From: an uncultured Eubacteriales bacterium
Lineage (GTDB): Bacteria > Bacillota > Clostridia > UBA1212 > CASDQQ01
Reading direction: 5' to 3'
NCBI GenBank assembly: GCA_949282945.1
Contig: CASDQQ010000095.1
Location: forward strand, 1 to 42,944
DNA: 42,944 bases
Of the stretch, positions 1 to 8,957 are shown piece by piece. The translations under genes and the position numbers were made by a program. The notes under the pieces are model-generated. The model saw nothing but the letters and a program-made list of their open reading frames with translations. It was not told where the DNA came from and made no database searches. Numbering within the stretch: the first letter of the stretch is position 1; each line of letters starts with the position of its first letter.

Positions 1-20
1 TTTATTCGGATTTTTGAGAG

Positions 21-118
21 TTGCGTTTACTTCTTCCACGTTGCATTTAACTTTTCGCATTGCGTTTACTTCTTCGAGGTTGCGTTTACTTTTTCAACTA
101 ACGTAAATTTCAACTAAC
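21..118. repeat. Short tandem repeat, 4 imperfect units of 19-20 bp (TTGCGTTTACTTCTTC...), plus a duplicated TTTCAACTAAC
   Basis: TTGC(G/A)TTTA starts at 21, 41, 60 and 80; TTTCAACTAAC occurs at 92 and 108. Confidence 0.75.
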
Positions 119-146
119 AAAAAGCGCGGCAATCCTGCCGCGCTTA
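119..146 (-). terminator. Rho-independent terminator of the GH172 operon
   Basis: AAGCGCGGCA-ATCC-TGCCGCGCTT stem; the A-tract on its left reads as a U-tract on the minus strand. Confidence 0.8.
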
Positions 147-169
147 ACCACACGCTTAACTATACTATC

Positions 170-2281
170 TTACTTTTCAAAACTTAGATAATCCAAGCCG
201 AGCATAAACGAACTGGAAAGTTTATTTTTCCCTTCCACCGTCACCCGCAGAACACTCAGGCCTTTAGGCAAAGATACCGTTCCAATTGTAATTTCGCCCG
301 TAGCTTTTACGGATGTGGCATAGAAATCCATAGCTTCTCCAATATTTTCCCCATTATAAGAAAACCTCGCTATTCCGTAATCTCCCGCCATAGTAAAATT
401 GCCCTTTATAGTATATGTTCCGGCCTCAGGCAGATTCACATATATATCTAATGTAGCTCCCGCCTTCGCAGGTTTCCACCACAGCTGACTGTCATTGGAC
501 CACTGATCCCCAAAATCTTTCATCCCCTGAGTATCTAGCGTACCGTTGCTGAACGATCTAATATACAGAGATTCTCCCTCAAAAAACGTACCTTCCGGAG
601 GCAGATACAGGTAATAATCTGTTCTTTCCTGTAAACTGCTTGCACCTATTGCGTCTTTTGCTCCTGATTCCAGATAAAAATATGCCACGTTAGCGTATCT
701 GACATAGTCTTCTCCATAATATTTTTCCAGATATCCCTGAAAACTTTCAAAAAAAGGAATATTATCAATAATCTGATATCTGCACAGAACTTTGTTCCCT
801 TCTTCATTCACACCGCCTTTATTATAGGTCTGAGCATGAAAAGCCTGGTCAAAAAGCGTCGGATCGCACCACGCGTATCCGAAGTAATCCTCCGTTCCTG
901 TGCCAAACCATGAAGGGAACTTTTCTCCGTCAATATAGAACTTTTCGTCACCTTCGCCCCACCATGCAAAACCTTCCCTGCAGTCCGGGTCTACTTCTCC
1001 GCTAGTTTTATAATTATGGAGCATCATTCCCAAAAATCTTCCGCGGCCGTTTACAGAAAGGACGCTGCTGTCCGGCCACCGCTGATCTTCGTCTTCCGCG
1101 TCCTCCATCCTCTGCCATTTAGCATGAAAGCGCATTTTATTTTCAACATCCGTTTCTTCGGTCACAACCCTTACCTTTATTTTGAAATCGCTGCTTCCGT
1201 CGTTTTCCACCAATATTTTCGCTCCGTCATTATATGGCATATACCATCTGCAGTAGAAAACACCGTCCTGAGTAACTCCAAGAGGCAGTGACTGGTAGGG
1301 ATTTACCCCTCCGGTAGTTCCAAAGAAATCTTCTAACGGCGTCCAGACACTGGGCTCTGATTCATTATCCCAATACATGGACAACGTCAATTCTTTCAGA
1401 GTCTGCCAATCCTCAAATTCTCCTGTAAGCCCTTCCACCTGAATCTGAAGTCCCTTAATAGCTCCTTTTCCAGTGGTGCTAAACAGCTCTGTCCGCTCCC
1501 CCGATTTGGCCGTTACCGTCTGTTCAAACTCTTTATCCCCTTCTTCCGCTTCGATCACACTCAGGTCTCCCGATAAATATTCATCCGCTTTTTTCAAAGC
1601 AGCTTCGTTTTCCTCGCTTAAAGGATATGTAAAGGATTCCACAGTGGCGTTTTCCGGCAGCGTGACATAGTTGATATGATAATATTGCCCCCATTTATCA
1701 TATACTACTACCTTACATGATTGGTTATAAGTTATAGGAACATAGCAGTTCAGACCTCTTGCCGCCATATAGGAAAGAGAATCATAGGGAAAAATCTTTT
1801 TGCTCCCTCTGAATAAACTTTGAAATGTGGTATCGATCACAGGAGTTTCATTACCGTCAATAAATATCTTGATTTTCCCCGACCCATAGCCGTTTACCTG
1901 AGCGGACCAGATCCTCGTAATGTACCCGGGACCTTCCATTTCCGCAATGACACTTCCTCCGTCCTCTTCTCTGATAATACCGTTTCCGTCCGCATTAGCG
2001 CTCCAGTTTTCATAAGTACCACTTTCTTCATTATAAACAGATCTTCTGTCATAGGAAGTAAATTCTTTTGATGATTCCCCGTATTTGGGAAGCTCTGCCA
2101 GGCGTTCCATATCATAAAGATAGGATACTATCTCGGCATAGGTATAATGTTTGCTTTCCACTTCTTCACGCTCCGTTTCCTGCGGATTTCCTGTTTCATC
2201 CGCTCCGTTGTTCTGACAGGACGCTCCCAGTACAGAGAGCGCCGTAAATATAGTTAAGACACAAATGATCCACTTTTTCAT
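170..2281 (-). CDS. DUF2961 / glycoside hydrolase family 172 lipoprotein (putative alpha-D-arabinofuranosidase / alpha-D-fructofuranosidase / DFA I hydrolase) with a C-terminal beta-sandwich (CBM-like) domain
   Basis: Start reassigned to MKKWII (ATGA overlap with the upstream stop); lipobox LGASC; motifs TSYDR, GPGYITRIW, MYWDNESEPSVWTPLEDFFG, WWGEGDE, GTGTEDYFGYAW. Confidence 0.85.
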   Translation of the reverse strand: MKKWIICVLTIFTALSVLGASCQNNGADETGNPQETEREEVESKHYTYAEIVSYLYDMERLAELPKYGESSKEFTSYDRRSVYNEESGTYENWSANADGNGIIREEDGGSVIAEMEGPGYITRIWSAQVNGYGSGKIKIFIDGNETPVIDTTFQSLFRGSKKIFPYDSLSYMAARGLNCYVPITYNQSCKVVVYDKWGQYYHINYVTLPENATVESFTYPLSEENEAALKKADEYLSGDLSVIEAEEGDKEFEQTVTAKSGERTELFSTTGKGAIKGLQIQVEGLTGEFEDWQTLKELTLSMYWDNESEPSVWTPLEDFFGTTGGVNPYQSLPLGVTQDGVFYCRWYMPYNDGAKILVENDGSSDFKIKVRVVTEETDVENKMRFHAKWQRMEDAEDEDQRWPDSSVLSVNGRGRFLGMMLHNYKTSGEVDPDCREGFAWWGEGDEKFYIDGEKFPSWFGTGTEDYFGYAWCDPTLFDQAFHAQTYNKGGVNEEGNKVLCRYQIIDNIPFFESFQGYLEKYYGEDYVRYANVAYFYLESGAKDAIGASSLQERTDYYLYLPPEGTFFEGESLYIRSFSNGTLDTQGMKDFGDQWSNDSQLWWKPAKAGATLDIYVNLPEAGTYTIKGNFTMAGDYGIARFSYNGENIGEAMDFYATSVKATGEITIGTVSLPKGLSVLRVTVEGKNKLSSSFMLGLDYLSFEK

Positions 2282-3183
2282 TTTGATTTCCTCTTCTTCC
2301 AGATCACAAATACGACTACTGCGGCCGCAGCGATCAAGACAACTCCTATAATGATCCAAAGAACAGTTCCGCCGTCATTATCTGATTCTGTTACATTTTT
2401 TTCAGCAGAAGCTGTCGGAGTATTATTTTCAACAGGCTCCTGATCCTGTTCAGCACCCTGTGTTTCCGGAATTTCTGTTTGCGGCGCCTCAGTGGGTTCG
2501 TCAGTATTTTCCGGTTCCGGCGAAGCATTAGGGTCTTTCCAACTTGGATCTTCTTCCGTAAACATATTTTCCTCGGCGTTAGAATCATAGTTTACCGTGT
2601 CGTACCGTTCTTCGACAACAGAGAATCCTTTATATCCTTCAAAATTATACCCATTCTCTGCAATGACCACTTCCAACAGTTCTACATCGATTCCGGCGCT
2701 GTGCCACATCCTGGCTTCTATCCTCTCACATTCTTCAGGGACCGTAAACGCTCCTACTAAAATAACTGTCTCACCCATATAATCCTGAAACTCGGCTATA
2801 GGGAAATCCGCTCCGTACTCGGTAAACACCCCGTCCCCCAGATCAAAAAGGGGATTTACTTTAAGCAGTCCGTCCTCCTGGCCAATACTGTTGATTTTGA
2901 CTATAAGCGCTATTTTCAGGACATCGTCAGCTTCAGCTCCTATATCGGACGGCAAAGTATAAAACCCCCAAATGTGTCCCTGAAACTCTTCCGGTATACT
3001 TATGCTTCCCGTTTCCTCACTGCGTTTTAGCATATCTTCCGGATTCTGGGCTTCACTTCCCAGAAAGGTTTTCAGAATTTCAGGAGATTCCTCGGCGTAT
3101 ATGTAAGCTCCCTGGATATTTCCTGTTAAAAGTATACAGACGGCAATAAGCAAACTTGCTGCTGTAACAAATTTCTTTTTCAT
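2278..3183 (-). CDS. Secreted protein of unknown function with an acidic/Pro linker and C-terminal membrane anchor; paralog of 3180-4004
   Basis: Signal peptide ending AYIYA; C-terminal hydrophobic helix followed by KKRKSK; about 175-aa domain shared with its neighbour. Confidence 0.8.
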   Translation of the reverse strand: MKKKFVTAASLLIAVCILLTGNIQGAYIYAEESPEILKTFLGSEAQNPEDMLKRSEETGSISIPEEFQGHIWGFYTLPSDIGAEADDVLKIALIVKINSIGQEDGLLKVNPLFDLGDGVFTEYGADFPIAEFQDYMGETVILVGAFTVPEECERIEARMWHSAGIDVELLEVVIAENGYNFEGYKGFSVVEERYDTVNYDSNAEENMFTEEDPSWKDPNASPEPENTDEPTEAPQTEIPETQGAEQDQEPVENNTPTASAEKNVTESDNDGGTVLWIIIGVVLIAAAAVVVFVIWKKRKSK

Positions 3184-4004
3184 GCTCTCCTCCTGTTTTT
3201 ATTAAACAACATGATTCCAACAGCAGAAAGCGTAATGCAGCAGAATGTAAAAGCAATTGAAAAATCTCCTGTTTTCGGTACTTCCGTTTTATCTCCATCA
3301 GTATCCTGAGGTTCCTTTATTTCGTCACCATCAGGCTGTTTATCAGTATCCTGAGGTTCGTCTTTTCCCTCCTCGCTTTCCTGTTCCTTTTGCTCAGTCT
3401 CGATATTTTCAACAGCATTCTGATCATTTATATCGCACTTTTCAGCCATTACAGAATATCCCTGATATCCTTCAAAATTATATCCGTTTTCCGCCACTAT
3501 AAATTCAAGCACTTCTATATCTGTGCCTTTACTGTGCCAAATTCTGTTTTCTACGCTTGTGCAGCCCTCAGGCAGAGTAAAAGCACCCACCAGTATAACG
3601 GTTTCGCCAATATGCTCTTCTATCTCGCTCACCTCAAAATCTGCTCCAAACTCACTGTTTCCGGCAGGCGCAGCGAATCCGGGATTAACTCTGATCCTGT
3701 CGGCCTCTTCTTCCACCCCGTTAATCTTGATTATAACGCCTAATTTGTAGATATCTCCGCCTGAAAGTCCTACCTCCTCAGGATTCATATACAGACCCCA
3801 TACATGTCCGTTAAAATCTACCGGTACTTTAAGTACTCCTGTAGCTTCATCTTTCACAAAACCCTCGTCAGTATTTTTAGCCTCGATTCCTTTCCATGAC
3901 GCAAGAACTTTTGCGCTTTCATCTCCCCATACCATAAGCTGCATACTGCTTATGGCCATAAAAACGGCTAATGCCGCCGCCAACAATTTTACTAATTTCC
4001 TCAT
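3180..4004 (-). CDS. Sortase-anchored surface protein of unknown function; paralog of 2278-3183
   Basis: Signal peptide; VPKTGD sorting motif, hydrophobic stretch and KNRRRA tail; RBS GGAGG upstream. Confidence 0.8.
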   Translation of the reverse strand: MRKLVKLLAAALAVFMAISSMQLMVWGDESAKVLASWKGIEAKNTDEGFVKDEATGVLKVPVDFNGHVWGLYMNPEEVGLSGGDIYKLGVIIKINGVEEEADRIRVNPGFAAPAGNSEFGADFEVSEIEEHIGETVILVGAFTLPEGCTSVENRIWHSKGTDIEVLEFIVAENGYNFEGYQGYSVMAEKCDINDQNAVENIETEQKEQESEEGKDEPQDTDKQPDGDEIKEPQDTDGDKTEVPKTGDFSIAFTFCCITLSAVGIMLFNKNRRRA

Positions 4005-4133
4005 AAAAAGGCCCTCCTGTCTTTGTTTGAAATTGTTTAACTATGATTGCATTATATATCTTTTGCCTGTATAATGTATTTAGCAAAACTTTATTATATT
4101 TTAACTATTCTTGCTATTAAACGAGGGCTAAAT

Positions 4134-5012
4134 ATGTATAATTTTTCTAATATATCTCCATACGTACGCCGGGTCTGGGACCATACTGCTCCGGACCCCT
4201 TTATCATGAACGAACGAGAACTATTCGATTACGAATTGATCTATATTAAATCGGGCAAAGTTAAGATAAATATAGAAGGTACTTGCTATGAGGGAACGGA
4301 AGGATGTCTGTTCATAATCAAGCCCAGACAAAAACATATTATCCATTTTTATGACACCCCTGTGCGTCAGCCGCACATTCATTTTGACTTTTTTGAAGAT
4401 TCACTGAGTCCTGATCTTTATATTAATTATACTATTTATGAAAAAACAGATCCAAAATGCCTTCACTATTTTCGTAAAAACATTTTGGACAGCGAAGATT
4501 TTATTTTTCCAAATATGATACGGCTGAAAAATCCACTGGTATTTGAAAAATTATTTTTCTCATTGCTGCATGAATATGAAAATAATCTGTTCTTTCATAA
4601 TCTTTACTGCAAAGGAATATTCATAGAGATATGGTCCTTTATACTAAGGGAAATTTATTATACTGAAAATATGGATATCTATGACAAATTTCAGGAGATA
4701 CTTTCGGTAAAACAGTATCTTGACGATAATATCGACAGTACGGTATCCTTAGACGATCTGGCGGAAATTTCCCATATCAGTAAATATCATTTGTCCAGAT
4801 TGTTTAAAAAACATTACGGAATTTCTCCCATTCAGTATCATACAAATATCCGCATAGATCATGCTAAATATCTCCTGCTCTATTCTAATATGACGGTTTC
4901 AGAGATATCAGAGCGCTGCGGTTTCAGCTGTATACACACTTTTACCAGAGCATTTAAAAATAAAGAAGGCTTTTCTCCTACAAAATATAAGCAGACAGCC
5001 CGTAACAGTTAA
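4134..5012 (+). CDS. AraC family transcriptional regulator (cupin plus HTH)
   Basis: N-terminal cupin (YELIYIKSGK...PRQKH); C-terminal AraC signature (SLDDLAEISHISKYHLSRLFKK...CGFSCIHTFTRAFK); start set at MYNFS after GAGGG. Confidence 0.9.
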   Translation: MYNFSNISPYVRRVWDHTAPDPFIMNERELFDYELIYIKSGKVKINIEGTCYEGTEGCLFIIKPRQKHIIHFYDTPVRQPHIHFDFFEDSLSPDLYINYTIYEKTDPKCLHYFRKNILDSEDFIFPNMIRLKNPLVFEKLFFSLLHEYENNLFFHNLYCKGIFIEIWSFILREIYYTENMDIYDKFQEILSVKQYLDDNIDSTVSLDDLAEISHISKYHLSRLFKKHYGISPIQYHTNIRIDHAKYLLLYSNMTVSEISERCGFSCIHTFTRAFKNKEGFSPTKYKQTARNS

Positions 5013-5192
5013 TCAAAAGGTCTTATTCTTAGAACGGCAGTTTTTATAGCATTGACATTCACTGCATCCATTCCCGCAGCCCCTGCACTTATTTCTATCT
5101 TTCAGTATCTTGCGCACGGCAGCCAGAGCTGCGGCGGCAAGAATAAAAAAAACAACTATTGTTCCCCAGTTATTTATAATAAAATCTGCCAT
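5013..5192 (-). CDS. FeoB-associated Cys-rich small membrane protein family
   Basis: One TM helix followed by CRGCGNGCSECQCYKNC. Confidence 0.7.
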   Translation of the reverse strand: MADFIINNWGTIVVFFILAAAALAAVRKILKDRNKCRGCGNGCSECQCYKNCRSKNKTF

Positions 5193-5194
5193 GA

Positions 5195-5830
5195 TCAAAT
5201 CTTTATATACTCGCTTTCATTGTTAAAAACCACCTGACAGCCTCCGTTTGTAAGCTCTGTGGCAAAATTTTTAAACTCGTCGAGCCCATCCTTTTTTATC
5301 ATAACTGTCAAAATTACTTTTTCCCCATAATCAATATCATCTATTACCCAGTCCCTTTTTGGGATTTCCCTTTGAAATCGGCTGAGAAATGAATAATCAA
5401 CCGTCAAATATAGCTTGTCGCAAAGAACATATTCCGATATTCCGGCCTGTTCAAGAGCCAAAGACGCTGCCTTTCCATACGCTCTTACAAGTCCTGGCGC
5501 CCCGAGCAGAACACCTCCAAAATATCTGGTGACCACGATAACAGTATTCATAATACCGCTTTTTCTTATAACATCAAGGACTGGCATTCCAGCGGTGCCC
5601 TGCGGCTCTCCGTCATCGCTGTATCTTTGGGAAAGCTCATTTCCAAGACCCGCGCAATAAGCATACGCGTTATGCTTCGCATCCCAATGCCTGCTTTTGA
5701 TCTTTTCTATAAAGTCTACGGCCTCTTCTTCATTTGCCACAGGTTTTATATATCCTATAAATCTGGATCTCTTCTCTGTAAACTCGGCGGAAGCTTCGCC
5801 CGCCGCCGTTTTGAATATATTGTTTTCCAT
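5195..5830 (-). CDS. yigZ: YigZ / IMPACT family protein
   Basis: EKRSRFIG, HNAYAY, SDDGEPQGTAG, VTRYFGGVLLGAPGLVRAY. Confidence 0.92.
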   Translation of the reverse strand: MENNIFKTAAGEASAEFTEKRSRFIGYIKPVANEEEAVDFIEKIKSRHWDAKHNAYAYCAGLGNELSQRYSDDGEPQGTAGMPVLDVIRKSGIMNTVIVVTRYFGGVLLGAPGLVRAYGKAASLALEQAGISEYVLCDKLYLTVDYSFLSRFQREIPKRDWVIDDIDYGEKVILTVMIKKDGLDEFKNFATELTNGGCQVVFNNESEYIKI

Positions 5831-7668
5831 TAGTTTCCTCTGCCGTCAATTTCATACTTTTTATATCGGCCCAGAATTTCGCCGCTTACGATAGCCTCTA
5901 CAATTACTCCCTTTTCACCGTATTCCGTTTTCTGCACCCCGCCGCTTTCATGAAGCGCAGAAAGTATTCCGCCTTCTGAAAATGGTATACAAAAAACAGC
6001 TTTTTTTCTGTATATCAATAAATTTTCAAATATAGCTTCAGCTAACTGTTCCATTCCCTCTCCCGTTTTAGCGGATACACAAAATGTTCTGACTCCTTTA
6101 TTTTCACCAGACGAGCTTTTGTATTCAACAGGTATCCTGAAATCGGACGGGGCTTTATCTATTTTATTAAATACGATAAATACCGGCGTTTTTTCCGCCC
6201 CTATACTGCAAAGGATTTTATCAACAACCTCCATATGCTCTAAAAAACGCTCGTTGGAAGCGTCCACCACATGCAGTATCAGATCGGCGAATACGGTTTC
6301 CTCCAAAGTAGACTTAAAAGCCTCCACCAAATCGTGAGGCAGCTTTCTTATAAATCCCACCGTATCTGAAAGAAGAGCCTCCCGACCTATGTTCTTAGGA
6401 TCTTTAAGCTTCCTCACTGTAGAATCGAGCGTGGCGAAAAGCATATCCTCCGCAAAAACGTCCGCGGCAGGACAAAGGTAATTCATTATGGTGGATTTTC
6501 CCGCGTTTGTATATCCGGCTAAAGCCGCGGTAGGCACAGCATTTCTTTTTCTGGCGTTCCTCAGCTCTCCGCGCCTGTTTCCCACCTCAGCGAGCTGTCT
6601 TTCTATAGCTTTTATACGCCTGTTTATATGACGTCTGTCCGTTTCAAGCTTTGTTTCTCCCGGACCTCTTGTCCCGATCCCGCCGCCAAGCCTTGACATA
6701 GCAACGCCCCTTCCCGTAAGCCTGGGAAGCATATATTTCATCTGCGCCAGCTCTACCTGTAGTTTTCCTTCCGTGGATTTAGCTCTTTGAGCAAAAATGT
6801 CCAGAATAAGAGACGTCCTGTCAATCACTCTGGCTCCCGTTATGGCCTCGAGGTTTCTTATCTGCGCTCCTGAAAGTTCATCATCAAATATGATAAGGTT
6901 TACATCCAGAGCCTGTCTCATCAAAGAAAGCTCCTCTGCCTTTCCCCGGCCTATATAAAAAGCCGAGTCAGCTCTTTCCTTCTTTTGAAGTATCCTTTTT
7001 TTTACTTCCGCGCCCGCGGTTTTCGCCAATTCCTCAAGCTCGGCAAGAGATTCTGTACCGTCGTATTCTGAACCGGGCAAAGAAAGTCCCACAAGTATGG
7101 CCCTCTCGCCTTTTTCCGCGATCTCGTCAGTATCTGAAAGACGGGACGCCTCTTTGTCCGTAGTATTTATGATTTCAAAAAAGCTATTTAATCTTTCACT
7201 GTCTTTTGGAAGGAAAAAAGGTCCGCCTACCCTCTGATCTTTCAACTCGCCTTTTTCATTTCTTTCCAGGCTGCCTACAAATATACTTCCGTCTTTAAGG
7301 CCTACCGCGATCATTGCGTCAAGCCTGAGATTGGACAACGTGCCCAAATCCACGTCAGAAAGCTTTCCTGATGCGGAAGGGTGGGTGTGTATACATCTTA
7401 TTCCCGACAGCCTTCTTTCGTCCCTTTTACCGCCTATCTCCGGCAGATCTACTTTATTGTTATCGCCAATAGCGACGGATACCAAATTGCCCCTCCGGTC
7501 TAAATATACCGCTATCTCTCTGTTAAGTTTTTCAGAACTATTGAATATCGTTTCATATATATTTAAAGGTATAAGCTCACTCTTTAATATCTCCGCGTCA
7601 TAAAGAGCCTCTAACTCTTCAAGCACGCTTTTCTTCACGGAATCTGTATTCCCATGTATTTTCCCCAT
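5830..7668 (-). CDS. hflX: GTPase HflX, long form with N-terminal extension
   Basis: GYTNAGKS, LFATLD, DTVGFI, NKID, GGIGTRGPGETKLETDRR; N-terminal extra domain with IHTHP. Confidence 0.95.
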   Translation of the reverse strand: MGKIHGNTDSVKKSVLEELEALYDAEILKSELIPLNIYETIFNSSEKLNREIAVYLDRRGNLVSVAIGDNNKVDLPEIGGKRDERRLSGIRCIHTHPSASGKLSDVDLGTLSNLRLDAMIAVGLKDGSIFVGSLERNEKGELKDQRVGGPFFLPKDSERLNSFFEIINTTDKEASRLSDTDEIAEKGERAILVGLSLPGSEYDGTESLAELEELAKTAGAEVKKRILQKKERADSAFYIGRGKAEELSLMRQALDVNLIIFDDELSGAQIRNLEAITGARVIDRTSLILDIFAQRAKSTEGKLQVELAQMKYMLPRLTGRGVAMSRLGGGIGTRGPGETKLETDRRHINRRIKAIERQLAEVGNRRGELRNARKRNAVPTAALAGYTNAGKSTIMNYLCPAADVFAEDMLFATLDSTVRKLKDPKNIGREALLSDTVGFIRKLPHDLVEAFKSTLEETVFADLILHVVDASNERFLEHMEVVDKILCSIGAEKTPVFIVFNKIDKAPSDFRIPVEYKSSSGENKGVRTFCVSAKTGEGMEQLAEAIFENLLIYRKKAVFCIPFSEGGILSALHESGGVQKTEYGEKGVIVEAIVSGEILGRYKKYEIDGRGN

Positions 7669-7725
7669 AATACTTTTCTTCTTTCTGTTAAACAACTGTA
7701 ATTCAGGTACAATCTACCATACAAT

Positions 7726-7754
7726 AATATAACAGCTTGCGCAAACTTTGTAAA
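7726..7754 (-). promoter_or_regulatory. Putative sigmaA promoter for the hflX operon
   Basis: TTTACA-N17-TATATT with an extended TG. Confidence 0.5.
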
Positions 7755-7907
7755 TTTATAATAAATCTAACAAAACTATCACAATTTTTAACAAAAATTT
7801 TACGTGTACATATCAAATCAAATATGATATTATATTAAGAAGTATTAATCTGAAAATTTTGGTATACTATAGAATAGTTTATAATGTAGAAGAAAGCGGC
7901 AAAAGTA

Positions 7908-8957
7908 ATGATATTTAAAAGGGAACCCGGTATAATAACGGACTCGGTACAGATGCTTACAATATTTTTCAACAGAGAATATTATACCGAAAAAATTTCA
8001 AAAAGTAATCACGATCTGGAACTGGAGCTTAGGATCTTTGATAAATATATAAAAATATTTGAACATAAGATCCCTAAATATTTATCTCCTTTCTTTTATT
8101 GTGATGGAAATATCTCTTCTCTTATAAATCTTATACTGGATGATTATCTTTCTGAAGACCGCTCGGATTTTAATGAATTTTTACAATATATAAAAGATAA
8201 TATTTCTGTTGAAAAGCTTTTAACGCACTATTTTGGAGACGATTTTCCAGAAGAAACATCAGAGCTTATAAATAAAATATTTGAATACAATATAAAAGAC
8301 TCTATAAAATTATCCTTTATATTTTGTATAAACAATTTTGATTCTGTAATAATCGATGTAACAAATATTTTAAAAACATCTTATAGCGTAGCGTGCGATT
8401 TTCATAATGAAAACGCTGATCTGGTAAAAGAAATATATGAAAAAATAAATTCCGACTCCATAAAGGATTCTCTTTGCCTGTGTCTTGGAACGGATAAAGA
8501 GAGTATAGAGAAAAGCGTGTGTTCCATATCACTGGCGGCGCCGTCTATAATGATATGCAAGCCGGAATCTCAGACCGACGCCATGCTTATCATACTGGGG
8601 GAATACTGTCAGTACGCAATAGATTCCAAAATATCATACTCCAACGTTTCCATAGAGACACTTTCTGAGATACTCTATAATCCGCTCAAACGTACTATAG
8701 TGGAATATCTGTGCAAAAACAAAGAAATAAATCCCACAGTAGCGGCCAAGATCACGTGGTCATCTCCGAGTACGTCAGGCAGGACGCTTACCGCAATGTT
8801 AGGAGACAGTATACTTTATATAAGCAGAAAAACAAAGCTTTCCGTTTACTATTCTTTGCGAGAGGAATATCTTCTTTATGCAAAAAAGTACATGATAGAT
8901 TATCTGTCTCAGCAAATAGAGCTATACAACACTAATGTAAAAAATAACCGGCATTAA
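7908..8957 (+). CDS. Putative transcriptional regulator: large N-terminal domain plus C-terminal ArsR-like winged HTH
   Basis: C-terminus ILYNPLKRTIVEYLCKNKEINPTVAAK...PSTSGRTLTAM...SVYYSL fits a wHTH pattern; paralogous to 12976-13977. Confidence 0.6.
   Translation: MIFKREPGIITDSVQMLTIFFNREYYTEKISKSNHDLELELRIFDKYIKIFEHKIPKYLSPFFYCDGNISSLINLILDDYLSEDRSDFNEFLQYIKDNISVEKLLTHYFGDDFPEETSELINKIFEYNIKDSIKLSFIFCINNFDSVIIDVTNILKTSYSVACDFHNENADLVKEIYEKINSDSIKDSLCLCLGTDKESIEKSVCSISLAAPSIMICKPESQTDAMLIILGEYCQYAIDSKISYSNVSIETLSEILYNPLKRTIVEYLCKNKEINPTVAAKITWSSPSTSGRTLTAMLGDSILYISRKTKLSVYYSLREEYLLYAKKYMIDYLSQQIELYNTNVKNNRH

Noticed and set aside
21-118. Possible CRISPR array
   Set aside because: Units are adjacent and degenerate with no unique spacers; no cas genes in the window
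2282-2359. 26-aa N-terminal extension of the GH172 ORF
   Set aside because: It overlaps the upstream gene; the lipoprotein signal begins at MKKWII (2281), with an RBS and ATGA coupling
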